Source: Rotaria socialis (taxonomy: Eukaryota). From it: a stretch of DNA of 64,000 nt. How positions within the stretch are numbered: the stretch's first letter is position 1; the number at the start of each line of letters is the position of its first letter. The notes below the pieces were generated by a model. The model made no database searches. It saw only the letters and a list, made by a program, of their open reading frames with translations, and had not been told where the DNA came from. The stretch spans positions 186,001 through 250,000 of the forward strand of contig CAJNYD010000014.1 of the NCBI GenBank assembly GCA_905331295.1, read 5' to 3'. A program made the translations under genes and the position numbers. Shown one piece after another: positions 1-11,695 of the stretch.

Positions 1-1795
1 AAGTTTAAAAATAATAGTCATTCCTGTTTCGGTCGGAACATGACTCAACAAATTGTAAGAACATAATTCATGTTACAATGTACATATAACCTAAAAATCT
101 CGTTACATTCTAAGACAAAGAAGAAACGATAAAAAAAGTACTCAAATACAAGCCAGCTTATAGCTCCGAGCTTTGAAATTATTGGAATATTTTCCTTTTC
201 ATCTCTTTTTTTAATATAGGTGACATATATCAATCGAATTAAATCAAAAAAAAACAGAGATGCAAAATAAAATACTCTAAATAATCTCAAAGCCTCCCCA
301 CTCCCGGTGCTCCTAAATTCATTTCAAATTCTATTGAGTACAGTTGTAAAATCTACAACTTCCTAAATTCAACTAGACTTCAATTAAAGTTAAATATTAA
401 CTTAATATATATATAAGATTAGCTCTTTAAAATCATTTTTTCTGTTTTTTAAATTTCTAAACGTTTTAAAAACTCTGTTTAATTTTGCCTGAGACATAAG
501 CACTCCAATTGAAGTTATTTTATTGTAATGTTTTAGTTCGATTACATCTTCAGATGCATACAAATAAAACTTTACTATTACACGTGTAAGTGATGAGAAG
601 AAGAGACATAAATAAAAGTTTATGACATTAATTACTTTCGTACTCCTTTTTTTATTATCACCTAAATCTTCGAACATTGATATATTTATCTGCAAGAATT
701 AAACGTTGTTCAAAGAATAATAGGACTTTGATGCTCGCAAAAAATGATGTTTTTCTGAGAGACAACAGAATATCTCATATTCTCTTTTCTTATTAGGTTG
801 TCGTATTGAATGAAAATGCTTGCATCTCATGTTACTGTATTTGATTGTTAAGATTGAATATTTCTATTTGTTGAACTCGTAAATGAGAAATATCAATTGG
901 ACATTTGTTAGAGATGTATAATATCTAAATCTATTTAAATCTATTTGATCATCTACAGTATTCATTGATGAAAATATATTCTGTTATAATGTATTCAAGA
1001 TAATAACTTGGATATATCAATTTTTCTTCGCAATAAAAAAAAATAAGAAATAAGAAACATTTTTGTTTCAGTGAACTATTAAATATCCTCACTAAATCTG
1101 ATTAGATTTACCCACTGTCGACCGAGTAAGATCGAGGGTATCGTTAAATTAAATTCTAGTGCACTTAATTTTGCTTACTAGAAAAATCATCTTGCTTATT
1201 GGCGACATCTTTTACATTATTTTTAAAGCCCTTAAATGCATACATGAAGAAAAAGATATCTCATAGAAATAAATGTTTTTCGAGTAAGATATTTTTCGAA
1301 TTGTTCAATATTTCAGAATGTAAGTCCCGTGTAACATGATTGGTGATCTTTAGTGTTCAACATATCACACTAATTGATAAAAAGATTGATTGAATATTTT
1401 TTCTTTGTATCACTGATTGGAAATTAAAAGAACATGCAGACTATTATCAACAAATAATTGCCTATCGCCATTTTCTCTAATACTCAACTCTACTGTATGA
1501 TATCGACTAATTTTTTCTGAATGAATCCAAAACTATATTAAATATAATATTTGTCGTGATACGTTTCTTTCAGTTCTAGTTAGATTTTTCTAAGAGAACG
1601 AAGAATATGAGGCATAAATATCGAGAATAATGACAATAACTAAACAGACTGAGTACAATTCGACCTATTCCTGGTATACTATAGTCAGTTCTTAGCGATT
1701 ACTTTTGTTTCGAGGAGAAACATCAATATTAAGCAAATACACGAGTTTAGACTTGATTTTGCTGTGTGCATTAGTTATAAACATTGATATGTTGT

Positions 1796-2773
1796 CCTAA
1801 TGAAAAATATTTGGAAAAAAACCGGCATAGAACGCGTTTATGAGAGCATGGAAACTTGTCTTTTACGCGAAGAACTCGTTCCACAGTTTAGTGAACGCGT
1901 TCATAAACGAAAAGAAATGTTCTGAATCTGAAGTAACGTGTTCTTTACTGTTCCACACTATTACGGAACGGTTTATTCTCAGCTCAAAAATGGTTCTCTA
2001 TGTATACAGAAAGCTTTCTGAACCGTTCCCTAAAGCAATAGAAAGAGTTTCTGTTCATTCTTTTCTAAAGCGGTCAGGATAGGGGTCTATCAAAATAAGA
2101 TCGCTTTCTTTGACATTCTCTAGAAGAACGCCTAGGAGTGGATTCTTTGAATTGAAGAACGCTTTTCAAACAATCTAAAATCATTCTTAGAATAAAAGAA
2201 TGCATTGTCTGCCGTTCTCTAAATTGCTGCAATTTTCATACGGATTTAACGTCAATTTTGAGCCCAAATTGACAACTCTGGCATACAGTAAGTTCAAAAT
2301 TACGTCAGAAATGGTGGAACTTTGACGAGTTCTACCTAATAGTCGGTAGCTCTGATTTCCCAAAAAACATCTTTTGGACAACACTCTGTGCTACGAAAAA
2401 TTGGAGCTCGCCGTTGGATAGAGCTCGTCGAGTCGTACTAGAATACATCAATCTGCGAATCACATGCTAACTTCACTTCTCTTCGAAGATTCTTGAAAGA
2501 GATGTAAGTCTAGGTGATAACGGTCAAGAAAGAGTTCCACAACAAAGATTTGATTTTTTTCTAAGAAAAGAAAACGTTCCAGAAAAATTGGAGTTCGTTC
2601 CAAAAACGCAACGGCGAAGAATGTAATCCACTTTTTTTTGGAATGTGTTCTTGATCCTTCCATTTTGGAATGCACTCCAGTTTTTCTAGAACGTTTTCTT
2701 TTCTTAAAAGAAGCCAATTTTTGTTTTGGAACGTGTTCTATGCCGTTTTCCTGGAGGAATATTTTTCACTGGG
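1796..2773. mobile_element. Degenerate non-autonomous TIR element (~980 bp)
   Basis: Left end cctaatgaaaaatatttggaaaaaaaccggcatagaacgcgtt aligns with the reverse complement of the right end, cccagtgaaaaatattcctccaggaaaacggcatagaacacgtt. Many GAAC-N-GTTC palindromic motifs lie inside both arms. No clear TSD. Confidence 0.6.
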
Positions 2774-3011
2774 TAAGCTATTATAATTGAGTGAGCAAAT
2801 TTGAAACGTCAAAACAATAATAAAGATTACAATAAGACTGAATTGCCAACGATTGAAAGTTGTAATGAAAGATATGATATTGTCACAATTTAAAGACTAA
2901 TTTGTTTTTTTACAGAAAACATAGTATTAAACAATTTTTTTCTTGACCAAATTATAATGTAGACTAGAAACATCTTCCAATTCACGAAAAAGTAACGTCT
3001 AACTGAGCGTA

Positions 3012-3124
3012 CACTCTAAAAAAAAAGGTCGTTTTCTTGAAAACCACAGGTAAATATGTTTCCGATTTCAGCCTGGAAACCTATTTTTTTTGGGTTTCCA
3101 AGAAAATGATTTTTATTTAGAGTG
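3012..3124. mobile_element. 113-bp MITE with TA target duplication
   Basis: Imperfect ~33-bp TIRs: cactctaaaaaaaaaggtcgttttcttgaaaacc vs revcomp cactctaaataaaaatcattttcttggaaacc. TA on both sides (3010-3011, 3125-3126). Confidence 0.7.
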
Positions 3125-4175
3125 TATTCGATGTAAAAAAATCTCTGATATTTAATTGTAGGGAAACTATAAAATTTTTCGCGTCTAAAGAGCTTAGTTT
3201 TTGAATGTTTATCGCAAATGTGATCATCTTTTGATACAAAGAATTTAGTATCATATAATTGCATTCGATGCCCCATTACTTTTGGTAAAGAAGTGATGAA
3301 CGACGGTAACATTTTTGATCACCTTGTTAGAAGCTTTCGATTCATGAAATAGCATCTCTTAGATAAGTGAAAATATATTTCTAAAAAGTTGAACTTGATT
3401 CTGTGAAATTTTGATGCCTTTCGCTTTACTGAAAGCATGACTTTAATCCATAGTCACTAATGTGTGAACGTTGTTTTCGACGTTCTCATCGTCGAAAACC
3501 TTCTATTAATTAAAGTGGAACTTTTTACTAATCAGTTACGTGTGTCTCTATTGGAAATATTTGCTATATCATAAACAACGGAGAAATGGTATGAATTCTG
3601 TTAAGAAAAACTTATTTAATTGTCTTTCAATTTCGATAAATTGAAAATATTCGTGGGTCAATCTTTTTGATTCTTTTTATCATTACATCCTAGTGAGCGT
3701 CTCTGTTCTCTTTTATGTATTCTTCTTTTTTTTATACGATAATATTAATTGAAGTATATGCAGAAAAATACATAAAAAAGTCAATCAATAACTAGATATC
3801 TATTCTTCAGAACGAATCATTATTCAAGAAAAAAAGTTTTTTTTTTAATATTCATCTTTTCTCAATAGTTTGCAAGAATATATCCGCCCTATGTACCTGA
3901 GTATTGTTTCAGTTTAAGGCGGATAAAACTCATCGGTAATTCATACATTCAAGCTTGATGAATCAATAGAATAACTTAAATTTCTAAATATATTCAATTA
4001 ATCTTATCGTTGTAGTTTTGTCTCAGTTTATTAAATTAAAACTTGAAAATCAACGCAACGATTATTGTTTTTCATTATTATTTATTGTATATTCCTTGTC
4101 ACGCCGTTGTCGTATTCATATATATATTTTAAAAAAATCAACACAAATATTGATCTTATTATCAATAAAAATAAG

Positions 4176-5915
4176 ATGACAGATTATTTGAGCAATCTTC
4201 CAGTCGAATTAATTTATAAAATTGTCGATGATATTACAATATTTGATATACTTGGGTGTTTATGTCTTGTTAACAAACGACTTCGTTTAATATGTCTTGG
4301 ATATAATCATTTTCGACTTGATCTCAGTTATGTCAAGAAAAGAAAACAATTTGATCTTTTCTGTGATCGATTAGCTTCAATATCATCTCAAATTGATTCA
4401 TTATCATTTTCGGATTTTAATGATGCAACAATGCCATCGAAGATTGAACGTTTCTTTTTACGATTTCAAGTTATTAATGATAAGTTTTCTAATTTAAAAT
4501 CGCTTCATTTATCTCATGTTGATCCTATTATGTGGAAATCAATAAAGAATCATGTGAAATTACTTATGTCACTCGTTTCACTCTTCATCGATGTGGCCTA
4601 TATTTGGGTTGATGCCGACCCTGATAAAGAAATATCATATCTACTGAAAGATATATTATTTATGTCGATCTCACTCAAACATGCTCATGTAAGATGTAAT
4701 AATGGTTCTCGTATATATCTTTCTGATATTTGTGGAAAACAAATATCTTCAATTGAACATTTGACTTTAACTAATGTATCTATCGATCTACAACAATTAT
4801 ATTCGATTGCACCTGGTTTATGTACACTTAACACACGCGTCACTGCATATCATCCCGCTTACAAATTTCATGTAAATCCACCTGAAAATTTACAACGATT
4901 ATCGCTCAATATTTCTCATCTTTATTTCTCACTTATAGAACAAATATTGCATTCAATGAAAAGATTAACTCATTTGATAATTATTGCCAGTGATGCGTTT
5001 CGTGATGTAACTGATGGTGATGAATGGGAGCGAATATTGACTAAAATAAAATCGTTCAAATTCTTGTTTCGTTTTCACGAAAGTACTTGGACCGAAGAGG
5101 CGATTAGTCTCGATTCATTTCAGTCGTTATTTTGGTTAGAAAATAAACAATGGTATGTTGGATATGATCGATGTACTATTAGTGGATTCTCATTACTTTA
5201 TTCAATTCCATACTGTACGAATATTTATCCATGGTCTTATATGAAAGGAGCTATCGATACAAAAACAACCGGACCACAAATACTATCACTTGATAAGGTT
5301 AACTATTGTAAGATTGATAACAAATTTTCAATAGATGATAAACGTTTATGTCGACTGACGAACCTTCAAAAACTAAGTATATCTGATTTCGATATAAGTT
5401 TTCATGTATTACTTAATAAGTTCGTTCCACATATTGACATGTCAATAATAACTACGTTTTGTATTCCTATTCGTCGTGTAAACATTAATAATGATGTTTT
5501 TGTTCAATTCGTATCTACAATGTCTAATTTAGTTTCTCTTGGTGCTCCTCTTATTCTTCTTAAGTTGCTGTTGGTTTCCCATTGGTCAAATATTCGTCGA
5601 TTAGAAATATTTTTGAGTTGGCCAACTGCCACAGCTGTGGAAAGAAGTTTAACTGTAGATGAGATCGATGTATTTTTTCGTTCTTTTACTCATATAGAAT
5701 ATCTTAGTTTTCAACACAATCCCGATTTAAATATCTCTGAAATTTTAAATAATATACCGATAACAATATCAAATATAGTTATCGGTCATCCTTATAGAAC
5801 AATACCTGCTGATTTCCCCAATTTCATTACACCTGATTGGCTTCAAGAAAATACACGATTACGTAATTTTTCTTATTACTGTAATGAAAGTAATGCTGTC
5901 AGTCTGTGGCTCTAG
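4176..5915 (+). CDS. Intronless F-box / LRR-like protein (~579 aa)
   Basis: Long ORF with first plausible ATG at 4176. N-terminal F-box motif LSNLPVELIYKIVDD...CLVNKRL, followed by LxxLxL repeats (NLKSLHLS, IEHLTLTN, NLQRLSLN, RLTHLIII). Confidence 0.8.
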   Translation: MTDYLSNLPVELIYKIVDDITIFDILGCLCLVNKRLRLICLGYNHFRLDLSYVKKRKQFDLFCDRLASISSQIDSLSFSDFNDATMPSKIERFFLRFQVINDKFSNLKSLHLSHVDPIMWKSIKNHVKLLMSLVSLFIDVAYIWVDADPDKEISYLLKDILFMSISLKHAHVRCNNGSRIYLSDICGKQISSIEHLTLTNVSIDLQQLYSIAPGLCTLNTRVTAYHPAYKFHVNPPENLQRLSLNISHLYFSLIEQILHSMKRLTHLIIIASDAFRDVTDGDEWERILTKIKSFKFLFRFHESTWTEEAISLDSFQSLFWLENKQWYVGYDRCTISGFSLLYSIPYCTNIYPWSYMKGAIDTKTTGPQILSLDKVNYCKIDNKFSIDDKRLCRLTNLQKLSISDFDISFHVLLNKFVPHIDMSIITTFCIPIRRVNINNDVFVQFVSTMSNLVSLGAPLILLKLLLVSHWSNIRRLEIFLSWPTATAVERSLTVDEIDVFFRSFTHIEYLSFQHNPDLNISEILNNIPITISNIVIGHPYRTIPADFPNFITPDWLQENTRLRNFSYYCNESNAVSLWL

Positions 5916-7164
5916 TTTGATCTTGTTTTTTTTTGTAATATAAATAGTGTTAAAAAGTGTGTTATGTTTTGAAAAATGTATTAGATTATTTTTATTGATT
6001 TTCGTTTTGATATTCAAATATAAGCTGTAGTATACAATGAAATCATTATTGTTAAATAATCATTTTCTTCTCAAAATACTAAATAGAGTTGTCTTTTAAT
6101 ATTCAAAACATTTTGGAGTTTTATGACCTATTCCATGGGGGTTTCTATTATAAAAAAGCACAAATTTTTTAAATCGATTCGACACTTATGGTATTTTGTA
6201 GAGCTCGATGGTTTTATCTGTGATAAAAGACTCGACTTACAATATCATTCCGTTAGGAAGATATAGGGCATAGAATTGAAGCAAGAGATTAGTATAATTG
6301 ATCAAAAACAAGAAACAATTTGAAAAGTATTTGATTTGAATGAAAGACAGGCAGTTTCTTTAAACTTGACCTTCGTCTTTTTTTGTCCTATCAGTAATAA
6401 TGATTGTTCTCGACAGAGAAAAGAAAAAACCGATATAGTCTTTCGTGACTGGTGTACGATGTTCTGAATGAGACACATTATATGCTTCATCGCGTACGTA
6501 AAGAAACTAGACAAGTTTACAAAATCAACCCATATGCATTGAAAACATGGCGTGACTTGTAGCACCACCATCAAAATAAATTCGAGATTACAGTCAATTT
6601 AGCAACTTGTTAATGCTTAATTTGTTATTCTAAATCTGGATAAAACTATTTTTAGAAGCTGAAAAAAACGAACTAGAATTTGGACTGATCGATATGTGTT
6701 TTAATTACAGAAGTATGCAATGGGATCAAGTTAAAAGAAATTATTCATTCATTGATGAATTAAGTAAATGATTTTATCGTGTACTAAACGCTGATTTTGT
6801 TCACAACATCAAAAATTAGTCGAGTACAGAATTTTATCCATTTAAAAAACAAACGCTATATGTGGAAAAATAAGCTGTTCTTTGTATATCGGAGAGCTTT
6901 TCACGCTGCTTCTTGTGATGTATTTTTTTCAATGCTATATATTAAATGATCAAATAGCGAAGTCAAAAACAGACTTTTTTTGTTTTTGAGAGATTCAAGT
7001 CTTTCAGAAAAACAGTTCTCATAGAAATTTTATTATTATAGTACTATTTGAATAGTAATGAAATAGCATAGAAAAAGAAAATTTCTGCAAGACTCCTATG
7101 CGAAAATAAGGTATCTTCGTCACTACTTTTTGATTTTCCCAAGTATTTGACAGAAAACGATGAC

Positions 7165-7407
7165 CAGTGTTTTATCCAGGTTTTTCACTCCGGCAGGGCG
7201 AATTCAGTTGTCGGGAGGGCAGATAACAGTTTTTTAAGTGGGGCGAACTACCATGAGTAATATCGAGTCTATTATACTGATGCTTTCAAAAGATCTGTGT
7301 TTTGTAAGTTATATAAAAGTTAATTATTTATTTCATTTTCTCGGGAAGGCAAACGCGGTCTCCTGGAGTACAAAATGCCCCTTGCCCTCCCGCTGAATAA
7401 AACACTG
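7165..7407. mobile_element. hAT-type MITE (243 bp)
   Basis: 15-bp TIRs cagtgttttatccag / ctgaataaaacactg with 1 mismatch. 8-bp TSD acgatgac / atgatgac with 1 mismatch. CAG termini plus an 8-bp TSD are hAT hallmarks. Confidence 0.8.
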
Positions 7408-7690
7408 ATGATGACAGCAAACCATATTTATTTAATATTGATCTTTTTCTTCAACGAGAACCACTACCACCACCAACAGATATGTTTACTCTTCCGTCAA
7501 CTGCACAAATATCGACATCATTATCATTAACATCTTCATTTCAACGAGAAGAAAAGACAATATTAAACGTTCAGCATAGACTAACAACAACAACTCCAGC
7601 ATCAGCATCATCATCATCAGTTCTTCACATGAGAAAATAATTGAGGGCACGGTAAATTCCTATTTCCAGGAAATTCAAAATGTGCTTCAT

Positions 7691-8220
7691 ACAAGGGGGA
7701 AACATCGTACTAAAGTACCTCAAAGTACTTCGAAGTACAAGGACTTCTTTAAAATAAATTATTCACAATACTGAATTGCCCAAAATTTCTTCTCATTTCT
7801 TGCATTGATAATAAGAATGTCTTGACTTAGCTAGGAATTCGTAATTTCTTAAATCGAAAATTAAGGAAAATTTTGACAATACAGAATATTGAAATCCATT
7901 AAAAAGAATGAGTAATTTTTTTTATAAATTTGTCAAGATGGTTTCTTTTAAGCCACTAAAAATTTTGAACATTTGATATCTTGAGACTGTTCGGTTTCAA
8001 AAGAAAATATTAACTTCTTGTATTGTATCACAACAATATGTTCTCAGCTTACCTAGGAGGCAAATTCAATATCATTGGGCATGTTCTAGTGTCTGAATGA
8101 AAGCCTATCCAAGAGTGAAACGTCGTACTTTTCCACTTTGAACTATACAACTAAGTACAAAAGTACCACGAAGTACCTCAAAGTAGTTAAAGTACAAAAG
8201 TACGATGTTTCCCCCTTGTG
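7691..8220. mobile_element. Non-autonomous TIR element with subterminal AAGTAC repeats (CMC/CACTA-like)
   Basis: Perfect 21-bp inverted repeat ACAAGGGGGAAACATCGTACT (7691-7711 / 8199-8219). The right end reads CAC on the minus strand. AAGTAC clusters lie inside both ends. Possible 2-bp AT TSD. Confidence 0.8.
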
Positions 8221-8987
8221 ATATATTCTTTACAAAAACAAGTATTTTCTGACTACTTGTAAAGCGACGAACATTACTTTGTATAAGATGCAGCTAACAA
8301 GTTATCTTATTTATCTCATTATATATTCAAAGAAATTTAAGAATTCTATCAGTGTTTTTCGACTTCAACATATACTCATGTACAAAATTTTACTAACTAT
8401 TAATATGGGACATTATGCCTCCATAAATTAGAAGAATAAAACAACCCCGACAACTTCCTACTCCAGAGTTTCGATATTTAATTCATTCATATAATTTAGT
8501 GTTGAAGTACACCAAGATGAGTACTTATTAATTTTTCTCATCTTTTTATTTTGTAAAAACTGCATGATCCATTTTTCAGTCGTAACTTTCACTAGACACG
8601 ATTGTTAATAAATATTGAAACTTATATTGACAACATTATTTCTAGTTTTATGTCTTGCTATAAAAATTGTGACAAGCATGATAGTACTTTTTTTTAACTT
8701 ACAGATCATTTTATTGCCTTTCATTTAGATGACGAGGCTTCCTCATTCTGTGTTTACAATCATTGCACTGAAAAACAGTTTCTTCCTGAAATTCATAAAA
8801 AGAAAAGTTGTTCTCCGTCACTATGCAGCAAACTACAATCATGAATAGTGATTCTTTTTTCCGCTCATCATATGAATTAATTGCGAAGTAATGATATATG
8901 GTAAGTGCTAGTTCAATACAAATGTTCCAATTCAGACTCCGCTATAGAATTATTAATTATTGAGATCGTAAAACTAGTGTTCTATGC

Positions 8988-9947
8988 AAAAAGCTTTTCA
9001 GCGCAGCCCCGTTGGGGCTAAAATGTGGAACTCACATATTTCGGTCAGTTAGATACTGATCAAATAGAAGTTTTATCTTTTTAGTGTAGTGAGATCATAT
9101 ATTGTTTAAAAATAAGATATTAAAACCTTTTTAACATTTGAAGTTTATTGAATGTATCAATAGGAAATATTACTAGAGAGAACGTAATTATAAAAAACTT
9201 TTTGTTCAGAACATGTCGGTATGCTGAAGTGTTTAGTGGTTTTATTGAGAAATATTGTGAATGATAATAGTTTAAACAGTATTTATGATATAGCTATCAA
9301 TATTGTTGAGACATTTATATTTTTTCGTATTACCCAGGTGAGAAATTGATACATTTTTTCATAAACGAAAATTTGATAAAAGCTTCCCAGTGGATGGAAA
9401 AGTTCCGAATTGTAAATACACTTAAGTGGACTCAAGTTCTAGAATAAGGTATCTGTGTGAGAAAAAAAGATATTAAAATCTTCATCTGTTTATTGTAGGT
9501 GGTAGAAGTAACGAATGTAATAGTAGCATGAACTAGTTACTAGCTTCTGTAGCGGTAGCATACACTCGTTGCGAACGTCTTTAATAATAATAAAATATAA
9601 TACTGTCGCAACTATGGGCTATAATAATAAAAATATGCGCTATTATCGTAACTATGGACTATAATAATAAAAACGACAGATTTTGATGATTAATTAGAGA
9701 CTAAATGCTAATTATAATGATTTCTAATTAGTGAAACTAGATTTTTATTAGTGATGTGAGTAGTGGTGAACATAGGCAATCCATCTGTATAAAAATTTTA
9801 CCTAATTAGTGCACCGAAGTGTTAGTTTTTTTATGTTTTATGTCTGTAATGGGGAGGGGGAGGTTGGGGTACAGGGGAGCCGCAAAAACCTAACAATTCA
9901 ACTTACACTCACTATTTTCTTCGAAAATATATGTGAGTTCCACAAAA
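8988..9947 (-). mobile_element. Helentron-associated (HINE/DINE-1-like) non-autonomous element
   Basis: Perfect 16-bp subterminal inverted repeat TGTGGAACTCACATAT (9024-9039 / 9929-9944). GC hairpin agcccc-gtt-ggggct (9005-9019) just outside one copy. T-tracts at both ends on the minus strand. Internal 40-bp tandem repeat. No TSD. Confidence 0.65.
9605..9674. repeat. ~40-bp period tandem duplication
   Basis: actatgggctataataataaaaa at 9611 and actatggactataataataaaaa at 9651. Confidence 0.8.
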
Positions 9948-10217
9948 CAAATGCATTTGAGAACACTATTATGAGAAAAGTCTCTATCGTTCACTATATA
10001 ATCAATTTTGTTTCTACCGTCAGGCAAGGAATCCGAGATCATTCCATTCATTTGCTATCAAACAAATTCACTGCGCGCTACTACGAATTTAAGCTGTCTT
10101 TATTGTTCATTGCATCGATAAGCTCGTGCTTTTTACATTTATTGTAGTTTTGTTATATGACATGAAAAGGTTATCGTTAACAACGTCTCAGAAATTCACT
10201 AGGGTGATCAATGGCGT

Positions 10218-10816
10218 TTAGTTTGCACGAGAGATGACCTTTTCCCAACTAGTGGACGAATCAAGGTTGACATTATTTCCACAACGATATCCTCCCGCAG
10301 TTCCAACCATATGCCATCAAAGTCTGAGTACACCATTCGGTGATGTAAAGCCATCAAAATTACCTCGAACGAAGGAATCTGATTCAGAAACGAATCCCCA
10401 CTAACTAGCACTTGACAGGGTGGTCGAATAATACCAACCTACTCCATTGGCAACACGGCTGAGAGAAGCACTGGCACAACAATCGTATAACACATCTGTT
10501 CGATCTCCCATAACCGCTAGCGTCAGAATCACATTACCAATTGGACGACAGTCAAGAAGCAATTTGTTTTTGTTGCATATTGTTAAAATGGCGCTGATAT
10601 TTACATAGATGGGTGTTGCATGTGCAGCCGAATAGCACAGTGACCAGGCGGACGACAATGCTGTAGGATCAAAATTTACTTGAGGACCGTATGCAGTTAG
10701 GCTTGCTAAAACACGAATTGAATAATGCAAATTATGGTAAATACTTTATAGGCTAAGATTTGCAGGCACCTGTAATCAATCTTGCATTCGTTCAGTGGAC
10801 ATAGAAAACAAATTGC

Positions 10817-10850
<34 letters not shown>

Positions 10851-11695
10851 TGTTTTTAATAGACACTAGTCTTTTAAAAATCCATAAAAAAAACTTTCGC
10901 TTCCAATACACCACGTATTGCCGATGTGAGATCTAGTTCATATCGCATCAGTTTCTTGTAGTGAATGATTTTGCTTACTAGTAGATGTTGTAGTTGTAGT
11001 GGAAGCACTGATAGTCGTTGTTGTAGTGGTTGTTACAGTAGTTGAAGAAATTGTTTCCAACGATGCAGTACCTGATGAATGAAAGAGACTAATGAGAAAT
11101 TAGTTGGAAAAGAGAATTGTCTTGAAAATTCAATATTTCATGATATCAAAGCTGTACATGTATAAAGAAGAAAACAAATCAACTAATTCATTCATACTGA
11201 TTTATAGGCATACCATTTAATGCCAAATTTTCATTAATAAGCTATTACTCTCGTTAGTTTTTTGCCTTCACATATGCTCGAAGTCTTTTTATCTGTAAAC
11301 CATGATCAATAGCAATAGTGATTTTTTTACTACTTTAGATAAGATAGGTTTTGCTATGTTTGAATCGAACATATATGATAGCAAAGAAATAGTTTTGCTG
11401 TTCAACTCGAATGGGCTACAGCGATTTGGCATTACTGACTGTCAGTACAATACCGTAGGGTAAAAAAAAGAGATACATCTATATACGTTAATGACAGTCC
11501 TTTCTGTGTTATCGGCGTTAAAGCTGCTGAAATCGAAACAACAGTAGCAACAACCCAAACAACGGCTACTGTTACAATAATCTTGAAAGCAGTTGAAGAC
11601 CAGAAACTGGTGTTACGGGAAAATGCAATAAAACTAATGTATGTGCATATTTCGATGACAAGTGATGACCACCCTGCAATCGATGGCACTTCCAC
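10218..11695 (-). pseudogene. Pseudogene of a type II membrane protein: TM, Thr/Ser stalk, Cys/Trp-rich C-terminal domain
   Basis: TM exon IIVTVAVVWVVATVVSISAAL (~11520-11580). Thr-rich exon ~10979-11071 with AG/GT ends. Last exon reads YGPQ...WSLCY...NGVGWYYSTTLSSAS*WGFVSESDSFVRGNFDG...RL*WHMVGTAGGYRCGNNVNLDSSTSWEKVISRAN* in one frame, with internal TAG (10401-10403) and TGA (10317-10319). The 5' end is uncertain. Confidence 0.7.
10820..10848. repeat. (TC)n microsatellite
   Basis: About 14 TC units seen directly. Confidence 0.95.

Noticed and set aside
45..3312. Short ORFs in the track here, and similar ones at 18.2, 30-31.5, 45.3-45.9 and 53.7 kb
   Set aside because: Low-complexity F/I/L/K-rich frames expected by chance in AT-rich DNA, often antisense to real exons or within TEs.
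6126..7113. Possible TIR pair acctattccatggggg / ctcctatgcgaaaataaggt
   Set aside because: The alignment needs several gaps and there is no TSD.
7700..8210. AAGTAC repeats or the 9.6-kb tandem as a CRISPR-like array
   Set aside because: Eukaryotic context, no repeat-spacer periodicity, and both lie inside transposons.
10317..10319. TGA at a probable Cys position as selenocysteine or readthrough
   Set aside because: A second in-frame TAG occurs in the same exon and no SECIS is recognisable; pseudogenisation is simpler.
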